Source: Vulcanimicrobiota bacterium
GTDB lineage: Bacteria; Vulcanimicrobiota; Vulcanimicrobiia; Vulcanimicrobiales; Vulcanimicrobiaceae
NCBI GenBank assembly: GCA_963722595.1
Contig: CAVRNN010000006.1
Coordinates: 52,757 to 116,756 of the forward strand
Reading direction: 5' to 3'
Length of the DNA: 64,000 nucleotides
Below the pieces are notes generated by a model. That model did no database searches. It worked only from the letters and a program-made list of their open reading frames with translations, and was not told the DNA's origin. The position numbers were made by a program, and so were the translations under genes. Numbering within the stretch: position 1 is the first letter of the stretch; each line of letters opens with the position of its first letter. This document shows, piece by piece, positions 48,215 through 60,429 of the stretch.

Positions 48215-48879
48215 TCACTCGATTTTTGATCGTCTGCAACGTCATCGGATACGTTTGGGAAATTTCGGTCGGCGGACCGGGCATGATCTCAGGCTTCGGA
48301 AACGGCAATGGAATCCAGCGGGTGCTGTACGAGGGCGCCTTGATTCCCGCCTTCGTTCTGCAAGACGGGCAGTGGTGGCGAATCTTCACCGGGGCCTTCC
48401 TGCACGGCGGCCTGATTCACATCGGCGTCAACATGATGTCGCTCTATTTTCTCGGGCGCTTCATCGAGTTCGCGCTGGGATCGTGGCGTATGCTCGTCGT
48501 GTACATGGTGTCGTTGATCGCATCGGGCCTCGGCGTCGTCTTCTTCAGCGCCCCCGACGTTCCGACGGTCGGCGCGAGCGGCGCCATCTTCGGTCTCTTC
48601 GGCGCGCTCTTCGCGATCGGGTTCAAGCTCGGAAAGCCCGGAATGGACCTGGTGCGCGCTAATATCGGCATCCTGGTCCTCAACTTGATCATCACGTTTA
48701 CCGTGCCGGCAATCTCGTGGCAGGCGCATGTCGCCGGGCTGCTAGCCGGCTTTGTACTCACGTACGCGATCTATTTCCCGCCGCGACGCGTGGCGCCGGT
48801 CGTCGTGGATGCGAACACGGGGCGCGAGCTGGATTCCGAATACGAATCACCCGGCGACCCGCACCGTCCGATGCCGTGA
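48211..48879 (+). CDS. rhomboid-family intramembrane serine protease
   Basis: GTGA overlap with the repressor gene. 'WWRIFTGAFLHGGLIHIGVNM', catalytic 'GASGAIFGLFGA', 'HVAGLLAG'. Confidence 0.85.
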   Translation: MITRFLIVCNVIGYVWEISVGGPGMISGFGNGNGIQRVLYEGALIPAFVLQDGQWWRIFTGAFLHGGLIHIGVNMMSLYFLGRFIEFALGSWRMLVVYMVSLIASGLGVVFFSAPDVPTVGASGAIFGLFGALFAIGFKLGKPGMDLVRANIGILVLNLIITFTVPAISWQAHVAGLLAGFVLTYAIYFPPRRVAPVVVDANTGRELDSEYESPGDPHRPMP

Positions 48880-50770
48880 CCGAGACGCTCGAATACGTCT
48901 TCGGGGCAGACGGCCCGTTCGCGAGAACGCTCTCGGGCTACGAGCCGCGTCCGGGGCAGCTACAGATGGCACAGCTGGTCGAGCGCGGCATCCTCGAGGG
49001 GATGCACACGATCGTCGAGGCCGGTACCGGGGTCGGAAAATCGCTCGCGTATCTCGTGCCCGCGATTCGCAGCGGCAAGAAGGTCGTGCTCTCGACCGGC
49101 ACGATCGCCCTGCAGGAACAGCTCGTGCACAAGGACATTCCGCTCGTCGAGGCCGCGCTCGGCACGCCCGTTCGAGTCACGCTGCTCAAAGGGCGAAGTC
49201 ACTATCTGTGTCGCCAGAAACTCGAGTTGATGCGGTCGGACCGCTTGATCGCGCCGTCGCGGACGATGCAGCGGATGTGGGAGTGGGGAGCCCGCACGGA
49301 GAGCGGCGATCGCGCCGAGCTGCGCTTCCAACCGCCCGCGCACGAGTGGGAGCAGCTCGATGCCGACGCGGACGAGTGCGTGGGAGAGTTCTGCAAACAC
49401 TTTCGCGATTGTTTTTTCTTTACCAAGCGCGACGAGGCGAAGTACGCCGACCTCGTCGTCGTCAACCACGCGCTCTTCTTTTTAGATCTAACGAGCGGCG
49501 GCGGCCTGTTGCCCCCATACGACGTCGCCGTGCTCGACGAGGCCCACCAGTGCGAGCGCTGGGCGACCGATGCCCTCACCGCCGTGCTCTCGGCGGCGAC
49601 CGTAGGTCGGATGATGCGCAAGCTTCACCGGTTCTACGACTTGCCTTCATCCTTCGATTCGGACTTTGATGCGGGAGTACGTGGGCTCACGTCGGCGTTG
49701 GCGCACGTTGCCGGAGACCGCTATCCCATCGAGGCGAACGACGCCGCATGGCCGGCGCTGGAGTCGTTGCGCACGACGCTCTATCGGTTGGAGAATTGGC
49801 TCTACGCCAACTGGCACGACGCGTTGAAACGCCGCGTTGAGAACGATGCAGAGGGGGAGCGGCGGCGCGACTTGGCGCTGCGCGCCGTGCTCGCGCACGA
49901 GGCGGTGATCGACCGCGTCGAGGCGGGAACGCCGGAGACGATCGCGTGGGTTGAGCGCACCGACGCCGAGGGTGGTTACTGCGTGAAGTGCGCCCCGCAC
50001 GAAGTTGCGGACTTCTTGCGCACGTCGCTCTTCGCTCGCACGCACAGCGTTGTGCTCACCAGCGCGACGCTCTCGACCGACGAGTCGTTCGGCTTCGCGC
50101 GTCGGACGCTCGGCATCGACGCCGCGCAGGAGTTGATCGCGCCGTCGCCGTTCGATTATGCGAGCCAGGCGCGGCTCTTCATCGCGCCGATGGAGGTCAA
50201 CCCGAAGTCGTCGGAGTTTGCCCGGCGCGCGGCCCCGCTGGTGGAGGAGTGCCTCGACCGCAGCGGCGGCCGCGCCTTCGTACTGTTTACGTCGCACGCG
50301 CGGCTGCGCGAGGTGTATGCGCTCGTTCGGGAGCGGCTGGCCTATCCGGTGCGGCAGCAGGGCGAGCTGCCCCGGCTGTATCTGCTCGAATGGTTCCGTC
50401 AGACGCCGGGCGCCGTGCTGTTCGCAACCGCGACGTTCTGGGAGGGCATCGACGTCGTCGGCGACGCGCTCTCGTGCGTCATCATCGATCGCCTACCGTT
50501 TCCGCCCCCGAGCGATCCGCTCGTGATGGCGCGCGTGCGCGCACTCGAGGCGCGTGGCCTCGACGGCTTCGAGCACTACATGATCCCCGCGGCGACCGTG
50601 CGCCTCAAACAGGGCTTCGGGCGGCTCATTCGCAGCCGCAGCGATCGCGGCTTCGTCGCGCTGTTGGATGGCCGCGCGGCGTCGACGCGCTACGGCGCGA
50701 CGATCCTCGCGACGCTGCCCCCCGCCACGCGCATCGAGCATCTGGACGACCTGGACCCGTTTTTCGGTCG

Positions 50771-50774
<4 letters not shown>
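48876..50774 (+). CDS. dinG: DinG/Rad3-type ATP-dependent DNA helicase (helicase-only, no exonuclease domain)
   Basis: GTGA overlap with the rhomboid gene. 'VEAGTGVGKSLAYLVPA', Fe-S Cys set 'YLCRQ...DECVGEFCKHFRDC', 'DEAHQ', 'VLFATATFWEGIDV', 'KQGFGRLIRS'. Confidence 0.85.
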
Positions 50775-52726
<1,952 letters not shown>

Positions 52727-52786
52727 TCGGCCGAGTTACCTAGGCCGCGCAGTCAAGCCTGCCGAAGCTTTGCGACGACTGAAAAG

Positions 52787-53293
52787 ATGTTAGCCGCACT
52801 GCTTCTTGCTGCGTCGACCGCGCCTGCAACCGGACTTGCAACCATCCGCTACGACGCGCCACCGCCGAACTTTGCGATACCCGGCGCGCACGGCACGAAA
52901 TACCTCTCCGACCTTCGCGGCAAGGTCGTCGTCATCGATTTTTGGGCTACGTGGTGCCACGTCTGCACTGAGGAGCTCGACGACTTCGTGCGCGCGCAGC
53001 AAACATTCGGCGACCGCCTCGCGGTCGTGACCGTTTCCGAGGAGCTGCCAAACGTTGCCGCCGACTATCTGCGCGCGCGCAGCTTGACGCTCCCGATAGT
53101 CGAGGACACGACCGGCGCAATTTCGCGCCTGTACTCGGTCTCGAAGTGGCCGATTACACTGGTCCTCGACCCCGCCGGCGACGTCAGCTACGTCTCGGTC
53201 GGGGGACTCAGCTGGACGGAGCTGGCGGATGCAATCGAGCGAGCGCAGGCTCCCGCCGCGGCTAGCACTCCCGAGGCGGGAGTGCTACAGTAG
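52787..53293 (+). CDS. TlpA-like thioredoxin-fold protein (second copy in window)
   Basis: 'VVVIDFWATWCHVCTEE', 'KWPITLVLDPAGD'. ATG 52787 lies inside the 52469 ORF. Confidence 0.75.
   Translation: MLAALLLAASTAPATGLATIRYDAPPPNFAIPGAHGTKYLSDLRGKVVVIDFWATWCHVCTEELDDFVRAQQTFGDRLAVVTVSEELPNVAADYLRARSLTLPIVEDTTGAISRLYSVSKWPITLVLDPAGDVSYVSVGGLSWTELADAIERAQAPAAASTPEAGVLQ
53262..53288 (+). promoter_or_regulatory. CIRCE operator (HrcA binding site)
   Basis: CTAGCACTC-N9-GAGTGCTAC against the consensus TTAGCACTC-N9-GAGTGCTAA. It ends 10 nt before the hrcA start, inside the 3' end of the upstream CDS. Confidence 0.85.
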
Positions 53294-53297
53294 GGCG

Positions 53298-54353
53298 GTG
53301 ATAGATAGCACCGGACTAGGTAAGCGTCGGGCCTACATCCTCGCGACCGTCGTCTACGAATACATCGCCACGGCGGAGCCGGTCGGCTCCCATTCGCTCA
53401 CTCAAAAGTACAACCTCGGGGTGAGCTCGGCGACCGTGCGTAATGAGATGGCCGAACTCGAGGCCGGCGGTTACCTCGTGCAGCCCCACACCTCGGCCGG
53501 CCGGATTCCGTCCGACGCGGGCTATCGCACTTACGTCGACCAGCTCATGCAGCCTGAGGACCTGACGGAGACCGAGCGTCGGCGCATTCACGACGAGCTC
53601 TGTGACGCGACCCGCGAGCTGGACGAGATCATCGACAGCACGACGCGGCTCCTCGGACGACTCTCGAACAACCTCGCCTTCGTGACGATGCCGCAGCAGG
53701 AAGTGCAGAGGTTCAAGCACGTCCAGCTGATTTGGCTCTCTCCGCACACCGGCGTCGCCATCGTCGTGACGTCGCTCGGCGTCACCGCCCAGAGCCTGTT
53801 TGAGTTGGGCGCGGAGGTGCAGCCCGACGACCTCACGCGCTTTTCCAACGCGCTGAACGCGCGCCTCGCGAACCATCCCCTGCGCGACGTCACTGAGGGA
53901 GAGATCGCTCACGCCGCGCGCGAGGCCGGCGTCTCCGACGACCTGCGCGGCGCCATCGTCGCGGCCTGCGTTACGGCGCGCTCGAACGAGCAGCCGACCA
54001 TCGCGGCCGCCGGCGCGCAGAACCTCCTGGACCAGCCCGAGTTTCAGGACCTCCGCAAGCTCCGTTCGATCTTGCGCATCGTCGAGGAGCAGAAGACGCT
54101 CTACCAGATCGTCGCCGATGCAATGAACTCCGATGCGGCGAGCGTCAAGATCGGCCACGAACTTGGAAGCGAAGAGCTGTCTGACCTGTCCGTCGTGACC
54201 GTGCCGTATCGGTTCGGCGCGCACGCGCTCGGCATGTTGTCGATCCTGGGGCCGCGGCGGATGCCGTACGGGCGTCTTCTCGCGCTCGCCACCGGCACCG
54301 CGGAAAGCTTGAGCCAACGGCTCTCGGACGTCGAACACTTACCAGAGACCTAG
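53298..54353 (+). CDS. hrcA: heat-inducible transcription repressor HrcA
   Basis: GTG start; 'RRAYILATVVYEYIATAEPVGSHSL', 'SSATVRNEMAELEAGGYLVQPHTSAGRIPSD'. Confidence 0.9.
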   Translation: MIDSTGLGKRRAYILATVVYEYIATAEPVGSHSLTQKYNLGVSSATVRNEMAELEAGGYLVQPHTSAGRIPSDAGYRTYVDQLMQPEDLTETERRRIHDELCDATRELDEIIDSTTRLLGRLSNNLAFVTMPQQEVQRFKHVQLIWLSPHTGVAIVVTSLGVTAQSLFELGAEVQPDDLTRFSNALNARLANHPLRDVTEGEIAHAAREAGVSDDLRGAIVAACVTARSNEQPTIAAAGAQNLLDQPEFQDLRKLRSILRIVEEQKTLYQIVADAMNSDAASVKIGHELGSEELSDLSVVTVPYRFGAHALGMLSILGPRRMPYGRLLALATGTAESLSQRLSDVEHLPET

Positions 54354-54354
54354 C

Positions 54355-55470
54355 GTGCCCACCAAGGATTATTACGAGATCCTCGGCGTCGGGACCGACG
54401 CATCGGGGGACGAGATCAAGCGAGCTTATCGCAAGCTGGCGCGCGAGCACCATCCCGACGTCGCGCACGACAAGTCGGTCGCCGAGCATCGGTTCAAGGA
54501 GATCAACGAGGCGTACGAGGTCCTGTCCGATCCGAACAAACGCGCGCAGTACGACCGCTTTGGCGTCGTCGGCAACGGCGCGACCGGTCCGGGCGGCTTC
54601 GGGTTCGGAGCGGGTTCCTTCGGCGACATCTTCGACATGTTCTTCGGCAACATGCGCGGCGCCGCGCCGCGCCGAGCGGGACCGGAGCGCGGCTCCGACC
54701 TCCGCTACGACGTCGAGATATCGCTCGAGGACGCATTTATCGGGACGAGTCGAGAGATCGCCTTCGATCGACTCGCGGCATGCGACGCCTGCAACGGCAG
54801 CGGTGCGCGGCCCGGAACCGTTGTCGTGGCGTGCGAACGCTGTGGCGGAAGCGGGATGGCCCAGACCGTTCGCCACACGCCCCTGGGGCAGATCGTAACG
54901 CAATCGGCGTGCGCGCGCTGCGCCGGTGAGGGACATGTGGTCCCGCACCCTTGCGAGGCCTGCGCGGGCCGCGGTCGGCGTGAGACGCCGACGCGCCTCA
55001 CGGTGAAGGTTCCGGCCGGGGTCGACGACGGATCGCGCATTCGCATCGCGGGCAACGGCGAGGCAGGGAGCCGCGGTGGACCGCCCGGCGACCTGTTCGT
55101 TTACCTGCGCATCGCGCCGCATCCGCTCTTCACGCGCGACGGACGCGACACGTTCGTGGACGTTCCCGTGAGCTTTCCGCAAGCGGCGCTCGGCGCCACA
55201 ATCGCGGTGCCATCGCTTGGCGGCGACGTCGAGGTTTCGCTCGCGCCGGGCACGCAGCCGCAAACGAGGCTGCGGTTGCGCGGCTACGGCATGCCGAGCG
55301 TCCGCGGCTCGCAGCGCGGCGATCATCACGTGACGATTCACGTCGCGGTTCCCACGAAGCTCAACAAGCGCCAGCGCGATATTCTCGAAGAGTACGCGCG
55401 CGCGGGTGGCGATGCCGTCGAAGAGCGCACGTTCTTCGAGCGCGTGAAGGACGCGTTCCGTCCCGAATAG
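54355..55470 (+). CDS. dnaJ: molecular chaperone DnaJ (type I)
   Basis: 'DYYEILGV...YRKLAREHHPD', a G/F region, and four CxxCxGxG motifs (CDACNGSG, CERCGGSG, CARCAGEG, CEACAGRG). Confidence 0.93.
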   Translation: MPTKDYYEILGVGTDASGDEIKRAYRKLAREHHPDVAHDKSVAEHRFKEINEAYEVLSDPNKRAQYDRFGVVGNGATGPGGFGFGAGSFGDIFDMFFGNMRGAAPRRAGPERGSDLRYDVEISLEDAFIGTSREIAFDRLAACDACNGSGARPGTVVVACERCGGSGMAQTVRHTPLGQIVTQSACARCAGEGHVVPHPCEACAGRGRRETPTRLTVKVPAGVDDGSRIRIAGNGEAGSRGGPPGDLFVYLRIAPHPLFTRDGRDTFVDVPVSFPQAALGATIAVPSLGGDVEVSLAPGTQPQTRLRLRGYGMPSVRGSQRGDHHVTIHVAVPTKLNKRQRDILEEYARAGGDAVEERTFFERVKDAFRPE

Positions 55471-56204
55471 TGACCGCGGCCCGCCGATTCTTCGTCGAAG
55501 GTCGCAGCGAGATTGGCGGGAGCGTCGAGATCGCGGGAGGCGACGCGCACAAGATCGCGCACGTGTTACGGTTGCGCGCGGGGGACCGAATCGAAGTCAT
55601 CGACTCCGCGGCCGCGGCGTTCGCCGCCGCGATCGAGGACGTCGGCCCTACGGTGCGCGCGACGCTCCTGGAGCGCGTCGTCGAGCATTCGAACCGTCCT
55701 GCGCTCGAAATCGACGTTGCACAGGCGGTCCCGAAGGGGCGGCGCATGGACTTCGTGATCGAGAAGTGCACGGAGCTGGGCGCCGCGGCTTTTCTTCCCT
55801 TCTATTCGGAACGCAGCGTCGGCCGCAACGTCGGTGTGGAAAAGCTTTCGCGTTGGCAGCGGCTGGCGCGTACGGCCGCGCAACAGAGCGGACGCCTCGA
55901 CGTTCCACGGATCGCTGTGCCGGTCGAGTTCAACGCGCTTGCGCAACGATTCGACGAATACGCTACGGTGATCTTCGCTTGGGAGATGGCGCAGACCGAG
56001 CCGTTGCGCGATCGGCTGCCGTCGGTGCTGCCGGACGCGGGGCGCGTCCTCGTCGTCGTCGGCCCCGAGGGCGGCTTCACGCATGCCGAAGCGGAACTCG
56101 CCGAGCGCCGCGGCGCGATGTTGGTCTGCCTCGGTGCGCGCATACTGCGCACGGATACGGCGGCGATCGTTCTGTTGGCGGTGATCGGCGCCTTCACGTC
56201 GTAG
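55470..56204 (+). CDS. rsmE: 16S rRNA (uracil1498-N3)-methyltransferase RsmE
   Basis: 'RRFFVE', 'AHKIAHVLRLRAGD', 'EKCTELGA', 'VVGPEGGFTHAE', 'LGARILRTDTA'. Confidence 0.85.
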   Translation: MTAARRFFVEGRSEIGGSVEIAGGDAHKIAHVLRLRAGDRIEVIDSAAAAFAAAIEDVGPTVRATLLERVVEHSNRPALEIDVAQAVPKGRRMDFVIEKCTELGAAAFLPFYSERSVGRNVGVEKLSRWQRLARTAAQQSGRLDVPRIAVPVEFNALAQRFDEYATVIFAWEMAQTEPLRDRLPSVLPDAGRVLVVVGPEGGFTHAEAELAERRGAMLVCLGARILRTDTAAIVLLAVIGAFTS

Positions 56205-56219
56205 AAGCAGCGATTCGGC

Positions 56220-56945
56220 ATGCTCTTACCCTTTTCGATCGTCATCCCCACCTACAATGAAGCTTCCGGTATCGGCAAGCTCCTGCGCGCATTGCGCGCG
56301 ACGTTCGAAGCGAACGATCTGGACGGCGAGATCATCGTCGTCGATGATAATTCGCCGGACGGCACCGGGGAAGTGGTCGAGCGGCTTTCGAGCCAAATGC
56401 CCGTGCGCTGCCTGCACCGCAGCGGCAAGCTCGGCCTCTCCAGCGCGGTCATCGAAGGCTGGAAGGTGGCGCGGCCGGAGTCATTGGCGCTCGGTGCGAT
56501 GGACGCCGACTTCAGCCACGACATCAACGCACTGCCGAAGATGGTAGAGGCGTTGGAATCGGGCAAGTATGGCCTTGCGGTTGGGAGCCGTTATGTTCCC
56601 GGCGGTGGGATCGCGAATTGGCCAAAGCGACGCATCGTCACGTCGCTCGTTGCGTGCTGGCTCGCGCGTCCGCTGACGCGCGTGAAGGACGTGACGAGTG
56701 GGTACTTCCTCGTCCGACGCGATGCGATCGAAGGCGTCGCGCTAGATCCGATTGGGTTCAAGATAGGCCTCGAGGTAATTGCCAAGGCGAAGTACGGCAA
56801 AGCGATCGAGGTGCCGTATGTCTTTACCGATCGCGTTGCGGGCGAATCGAAACTCAACCAGCGTGAGGTATTCAATTACTTGAGGCAGTTGGGACGCCTG
56901 TATGCGGCGTGGCTGCTGCCCGCAGCCAAGGAGCGCAAGGCCTGA
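56220..56945 (+). CDS. GT2 polyprenol-phosphate mannosyl/glycosyl transferase (Dpm1/Ppm1-like)
   Basis: 'SIVIPTYNEA', 'IIVVDDNSPDGT', 'MDADFSHD', 'GSRYVPGG', 'SGYFLVRR'. Confidence 0.82.
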   Translation: MLLPFSIVIPTYNEASGIGKLLRALRATFEANDLDGEIIVVDDNSPDGTGEVVERLSSQMPVRCLHRSGKLGLSSAVIEGWKVARPESLALGAMDADFSHDINALPKMVEALESGKYGLAVGSRYVPGGGIANWPKRRIVTSLVACWLARPLTRVKDVTSGYFLVRRDAIEGVALDPIGFKIGLEVIAKAKYGKAIEVPYVFTDRVAGESKLNQREVFNYLRQLGRLYAAWLLPAAKERKA

Positions 56946-57796
56946 TGCGCGAGTGGCGCCGTGCGATCGGCGGATCCTCGGAGGGGCGGCGCGAGAGGGA
57001 GGAGCAGCGCGGCGACGCGGCCCTTTGGAGCAAGTGCCCCAGATGCGGCGACGTGCTCTACCGCCGCGACCTGGCCGCCAATCTCGACGTCTGCACGCGC
57101 TGCGGCCATCACTTTCGCATGAGCGCCAAGGACCGGATCGACTCGATAGCGGACGGCGAATTCGCGGAGATCGGACAGGACGTCGTGTCGAATGATCCGC
57201 TCGGATGGTCGGACCGTAAGACGTATCCCGCGAAACTCAGCGCGGATCGCGAGCGCAGCGGTCTCTCCGAATCCGTCGTCTGCGGCTTTGCGACGATCGG
57301 CGGGCATCCGGTCGCACTCGGCGTCATGGACTTTCACTTTCGCGGCGGCACGATGGGTCGCGTGGCCGGCGAACGCATCACGCTCCTACTCGAAGAAGCG
57401 GAGCGAAGAAAGCTGCCGTGCATCATCTTCGCGGCCTCCGGCGGAGCCCGCATGGAAGAGGGGATGGTGGCGCTGATGCAGTTGGCAAAAACAACGGCCG
57501 CCGTAGCGCGCTTCATGGAGGCCGGCAATTTCTTCGTGACGGTGCTCACCGACCCGACGACCGGCGGCGTGTCGGCATCATTCGCCTTCCAGGCGGACGT
57601 CATCATCGCCGAACCGAAGGCGATGATCGGCTTCGCGGGGCGGCGCGTCATCGAGCAGACGATTCGTCAGCGGCTACCGGACCAGTTTCAAACGGCCGAG
57701 TTTCTGCTCGAGAAGGGCGCGATCGACATGGTCGTCGATCGGCAGAATCTCAAAGAGGCGTTGGTGCGCCTCCTCGAATATGCCAAGGCCCCATGA
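56945..57796 (+). CDS. accD: acetyl-CoA carboxylase carboxyltransferase beta subunit
   Basis: Zinc ribbon 'CPRCGDVLY...CTRCGHHFRMSA', 'FHFRGGTMG', 'SGGARMEEG'. Confidence 0.92.
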   Translation: MREWRRAIGGSSEGRREREEQRGDAALWSKCPRCGDVLYRRDLAANLDVCTRCGHHFRMSAKDRIDSIADGEFAEIGQDVVSNDPLGWSDRKTYPAKLSADRERSGLSESVVCGFATIGGHPVALGVMDFHFRGGTMGRVAGERITLLLEEAERRKLPCIIFAASGGARMEEGMVALMQLAKTTAAVARFMEAGNFFVTVLTDPTTGGVSASFAFQADVIIAEPKAMIGFAGRRVIEQTIRQRLPDQFQTAEFLLEKGAIDMVVDRQNLKEALVRLLEYAKAP

Positions 57797-58779
57797 GCAA
57801 CAACGTCATCGTCGAACGCGAAAAAGGAATGGCCGAGCTGGAGCGGCGGATCGCGGAGCTGCGCGCCGCATCGGCAGCGCAGCCGCTGGACATGTCGACC
57901 GAGGTCGCTGCGCTCGAACAGAAGTATCGCGAGATCCTCCAAGAGCTCTTCGGGACGCTCTCGCCCTGGGAAAAGGTGCACATGGCGCGCCACCCGGCGC
58001 GCCCCACGTCGCTGGACTACATCTCTCGTTTCGATCGCTTCGACGAGCTGCACGGCGACCGGCATTATCGTGACGATCCCTCGATTGTGGGCGGATTCGC
58101 GATGCTTCACGCGCGTCCGGTCGTCGTGATCGGGCAGCAGCGCGGCCGCGATACCAAGGAGAATTTGCGCCGCAACTTCGGGATGCCGGCGCCGGAAGGT
58201 TATCGCAAGGCGAGCCGATTGGCCCGGCTCGGAGCGCGGCTCGGACTGCCGATCGTCACATTCGTTGACACGAAGGGCGCCGATCCTGGCATCAGCTCGG
58301 AGGAACACGCGCAATCGGAGGCGATCGCAACGTGCTTGCAAGTCTTCTCGACGGCGCGGGTGCCTATCGTGGCGACGATCGTCGGCGAGGGAGGTTCCGG
58401 CGGGGCGCTCGCGCTCGCCATCGCCGATCACGTGATGATGCTGGAGCACAGCACCTATTCCGTGGCGTCGCCCGAAGGCTGCGCAGCCATCCTCTGGTCG
58501 GACGCGGGGAAGGCGGAAGAAGCCGCGGCGCGGTTGAAGTTGACGGCAGATGATTTGCGCCGTTTCGGCATCGTGGACGAGATCGTGGCTGAGCCGCTGG
58601 GCGGAGCCCACCGGAATGCCGCCGACGTCGTGACGCGTACGCTCCAAACCGTCGATGCGGCGGTGGCGCGTTTGACCGCGCTTCCGGTGGAAAGACTGTT
58701 GGAGGAGCGATATCGAAAGTACCGGCTGTTGGGAGAATGGCAGGCCGAAAGTCTAAAGCCGATAGGAAAGCCGCACTGA
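57793..58779 (+). CDS. accA: acetyl-CoA carboxylase carboxyltransferase alpha subunit
   Basis: 'LSPWEKVHMARHPARPTSLDYI', 'RNFGMPAPEGYRKA', 'VDTKGADPG', 'GEGGSGGALA'. Confidence 0.92.
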   Translation: MSNNVIVEREKGMAELERRIAELRAASAAQPLDMSTEVAALEQKYREILQELFGTLSPWEKVHMARHPARPTSLDYISRFDRFDELHGDRHYRDDPSIVGGFAMLHARPVVVIGQQRGRDTKENLRRNFGMPAPEGYRKASRLARLGARLGLPIVTFVDTKGADPGISSEEHAQSEAIATCLQVFSTARVPIVATIVGEGGSGGALALAIADHVMMLEHSTYSVASPEGCAAILWSDAGKAEEAAARLKLTADDLRRFGIVDEIVAEPLGGAHRNAADVVTRTLQTVDAAVARLTALPVERLLEERYRKYRLLGEWQAESLKPIGKPH

Positions 58780-59099
58780 GGTTGCGCGTGCGGCCCCATC
58801 TTCGTTTCGCGGGTCGAATCGCGGCCGTCGGGATCGCCCTCCTCTTCGTTGGACTGATCGCCGTTCAGTTCGCTCGGGCCATCGGCGAGAACGTGGCTGC
58901 CGTGCACCGGCTCTCTTCGATCCGAGCCGACATCGCGGCGCTGCAAAAGCAGCGCGACGAGCAACAGCGCGAACTGCGCCGGCTCCGCGATCCCCAGGGT
59001 GCGATACCCGAAATCCACGATCGCTTGCGTCTCGTGCGCCCGAACGAGGCCCTGATTTTCGTGTCGCCGCAACCGGCCGCGACGCCCTCGACTCCGTGA
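58737..59099 (+). CDS. ftsB: FtsB/DivIC-type septum formation initiator
   Basis: Basic N-terminus, one TM helix ('IAAVGIALLFVGLIAV'), coiled coil 'IRADIAALQKQRDEQQRELRRL', 'LRLVRPNEALIF'. Start uncertain (TTG 58782 and GTG 58788 are also possible). Confidence 0.65.
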   Translation: MAGRKSKADRKAALRLRVRPHLRFAGRIAAVGIALLFVGLIAVQFARAIGENVAAVHRLSSIRADIAALQKQRDEQQRELRRLRDPQGAIPEIHDRLRLVRPNEALIFVSPQPAATPSTP

Positions 59100-59461
59100 G
59101 CGATACGCTCGGCGGAACCGTCATCAACCTCAACGCCTACGGCGCGACGGTGCGGCTCGACGACGGGGACCTGGCAACCGCCAGCGCGACGGACGTCGAA
59201 ACGCATCGCGACCAATATCAGCGCTCCCTCGCGCGGCGCAAGCGCCTGGCGTTCGAGGTACGGCGCGAAGGACGGCGCTGCGCGGTCTCGCTCGCTCCCC
59301 AGATCCAAGACGACGAGTTCGAGGAGCAGATCGCCGCGTATCTCAAGAGCACCGCGGAGTGGGAGCCTTCCGCGGGACCGCCGATGGCCGAGCGACACTT
59401 TTTGCGCAAGAAGCGCCGGGCGGCGCTGTTCGAAGCGAAGCATAACGAGGGGGCGCTCTGA
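59096..59461 (+). CDS. small S1-like RNA-binding domain protein (YabR-like position after ftsB/divIC)
   Basis: 'GTVINLNAYGATVRLDDGDLA' is S1-fold-like. The gene order mirrors Bacillus divIC-yabR. Confidence 0.5.
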   Translation: MSDTLGGTVINLNAYGATVRLDDGDLATASATDVETHRDQYQRSLARRKRLAFEVRREGRRCAVSLAPQIQDDEFEEQIAAYLKSTAEWEPSAGPPMAERHFLRKKRRAALFEAKHNEGAL

Positions 59462-59478
59462 GCAAGCGATACGCGATC

Positions 59479-60429
59479 GTGTCGATCGGCACCAACTCCA
59501 CACGCGCGCTCTTGGCGGACGTCGAACGCGAAACGCCCCGCGTCGAGCTCGCGCGCTCCATCGGCACTCGCATCGGTGAAGGGCTCGGAGAACGGGGGCG
59601 GCTCGGCGACGAGCCGATGCAACGGACGCTCGAAGCGATTGCGCAGCTTGCGCGAGCAATGCGCGGCCATTACGTTCGGATGTTTGCGATCGGGACGAGT
59701 GCGTTGAGGCGTGCCGACAACGGTGACGCGTTCATGGAGCATGTGCGCGAGCTGCTCGGCGTTTCGCTGCGCGTCCTGTCCGGAGAAGAAGAAGCGGAGG
59801 CATCGTATCGTGGCGCGCTTACCGCGTTCGATGGCTTGCGCGGCGAACGGGCCGGCGTGATCGACGTTGGCGGCGGCAGCACCGAATACGCTTTCGGCGA
59901 GTCGACCGTTCCGGAGAAGGTAGTATCGTACGAGATCGGCGCGGTTCGTTTGAGCGAAGCGGTGCCGGAGCTCGGCGGTCGCGACGGCGCCCTGGGAGCC
60001 GACGCGCTGTCACGTGCGGCGAGCATTGCGCGCGACGCGCTGCGCCCGCTCGCGGAATGCGCTGCGGTGGAGCGTCTCGCGTTGGTCGGGGGCAGCGCCA
60101 CGACGACTGCCGCGATCGTGCGCGGACGCACAGCGCCGATCGCGTCGCTCCGGTTGACCCGCGCGGATCTACAGCGCACGCTCGAACGGTTGTGCTCGAT
60201 GAAACTGGAGGAGCGAAAGAAGGTCGTAGGGATGAAGGCGCAGCGCGCCGACATCCTTCCGGCCGGAATCATCGTCCTCGATGCGGCGCTGGAGACGCTC
60301 GGCCGTGAGGACGCGCTCGCGACGACCGCCGATCTGCTTCTGGGATACCTCTTGCAGCAACGGGACGCGGCTGGGCAACCCCAGAGGCTACCGGACGGTT
60401 CGAACCTGGCAAAGGGAATTTACTCATGA
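59479..60429 (+). CDS. ppx: Ppx/GppA-family exopolyphosphatase
   Basis: 'VSIGTNSTRALL', 'IGTSALRRA', 'IDVGGGSTE'. The start may be upstream (CTG 59458). Confidence 0.8.
   Translation: MSIGTNSTRALLADVERETPRVELARSIGTRIGEGLGERGRLGDEPMQRTLEAIAQLARAMRGHYVRMFAIGTSALRRADNGDAFMEHVRELLGVSLRVLSGEEEAEASYRGALTAFDGLRGERAGVIDVGGGSTEYAFGESTVPEKVVSYEIGAVRLSEAVPELGGRDGALGADALSRAASIARDALRPLAECAAVERLALVGGSATTTAAIVRGRTAPIASLRLTRADLQRTLERLCSMKLEERKKVVGMKAQRADILPAGIIVLDAALETLGREDALATTADLLLGYLLQQRDAAGQPQRLPDGSNLAKGIYS

Noticed and set aside
53316-55341. Long minus-strand ORFs (53316-54338, 54145-55341) opposite hrcA and dnaJ
   Set aside because: Shadow ORFs opposite genes with diagnostic motifs.
57688-58647. 319 aa ORF antisense to accA
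   Set aside because: A shadow ORF; accA motifs are unambiguous on the plus strand.
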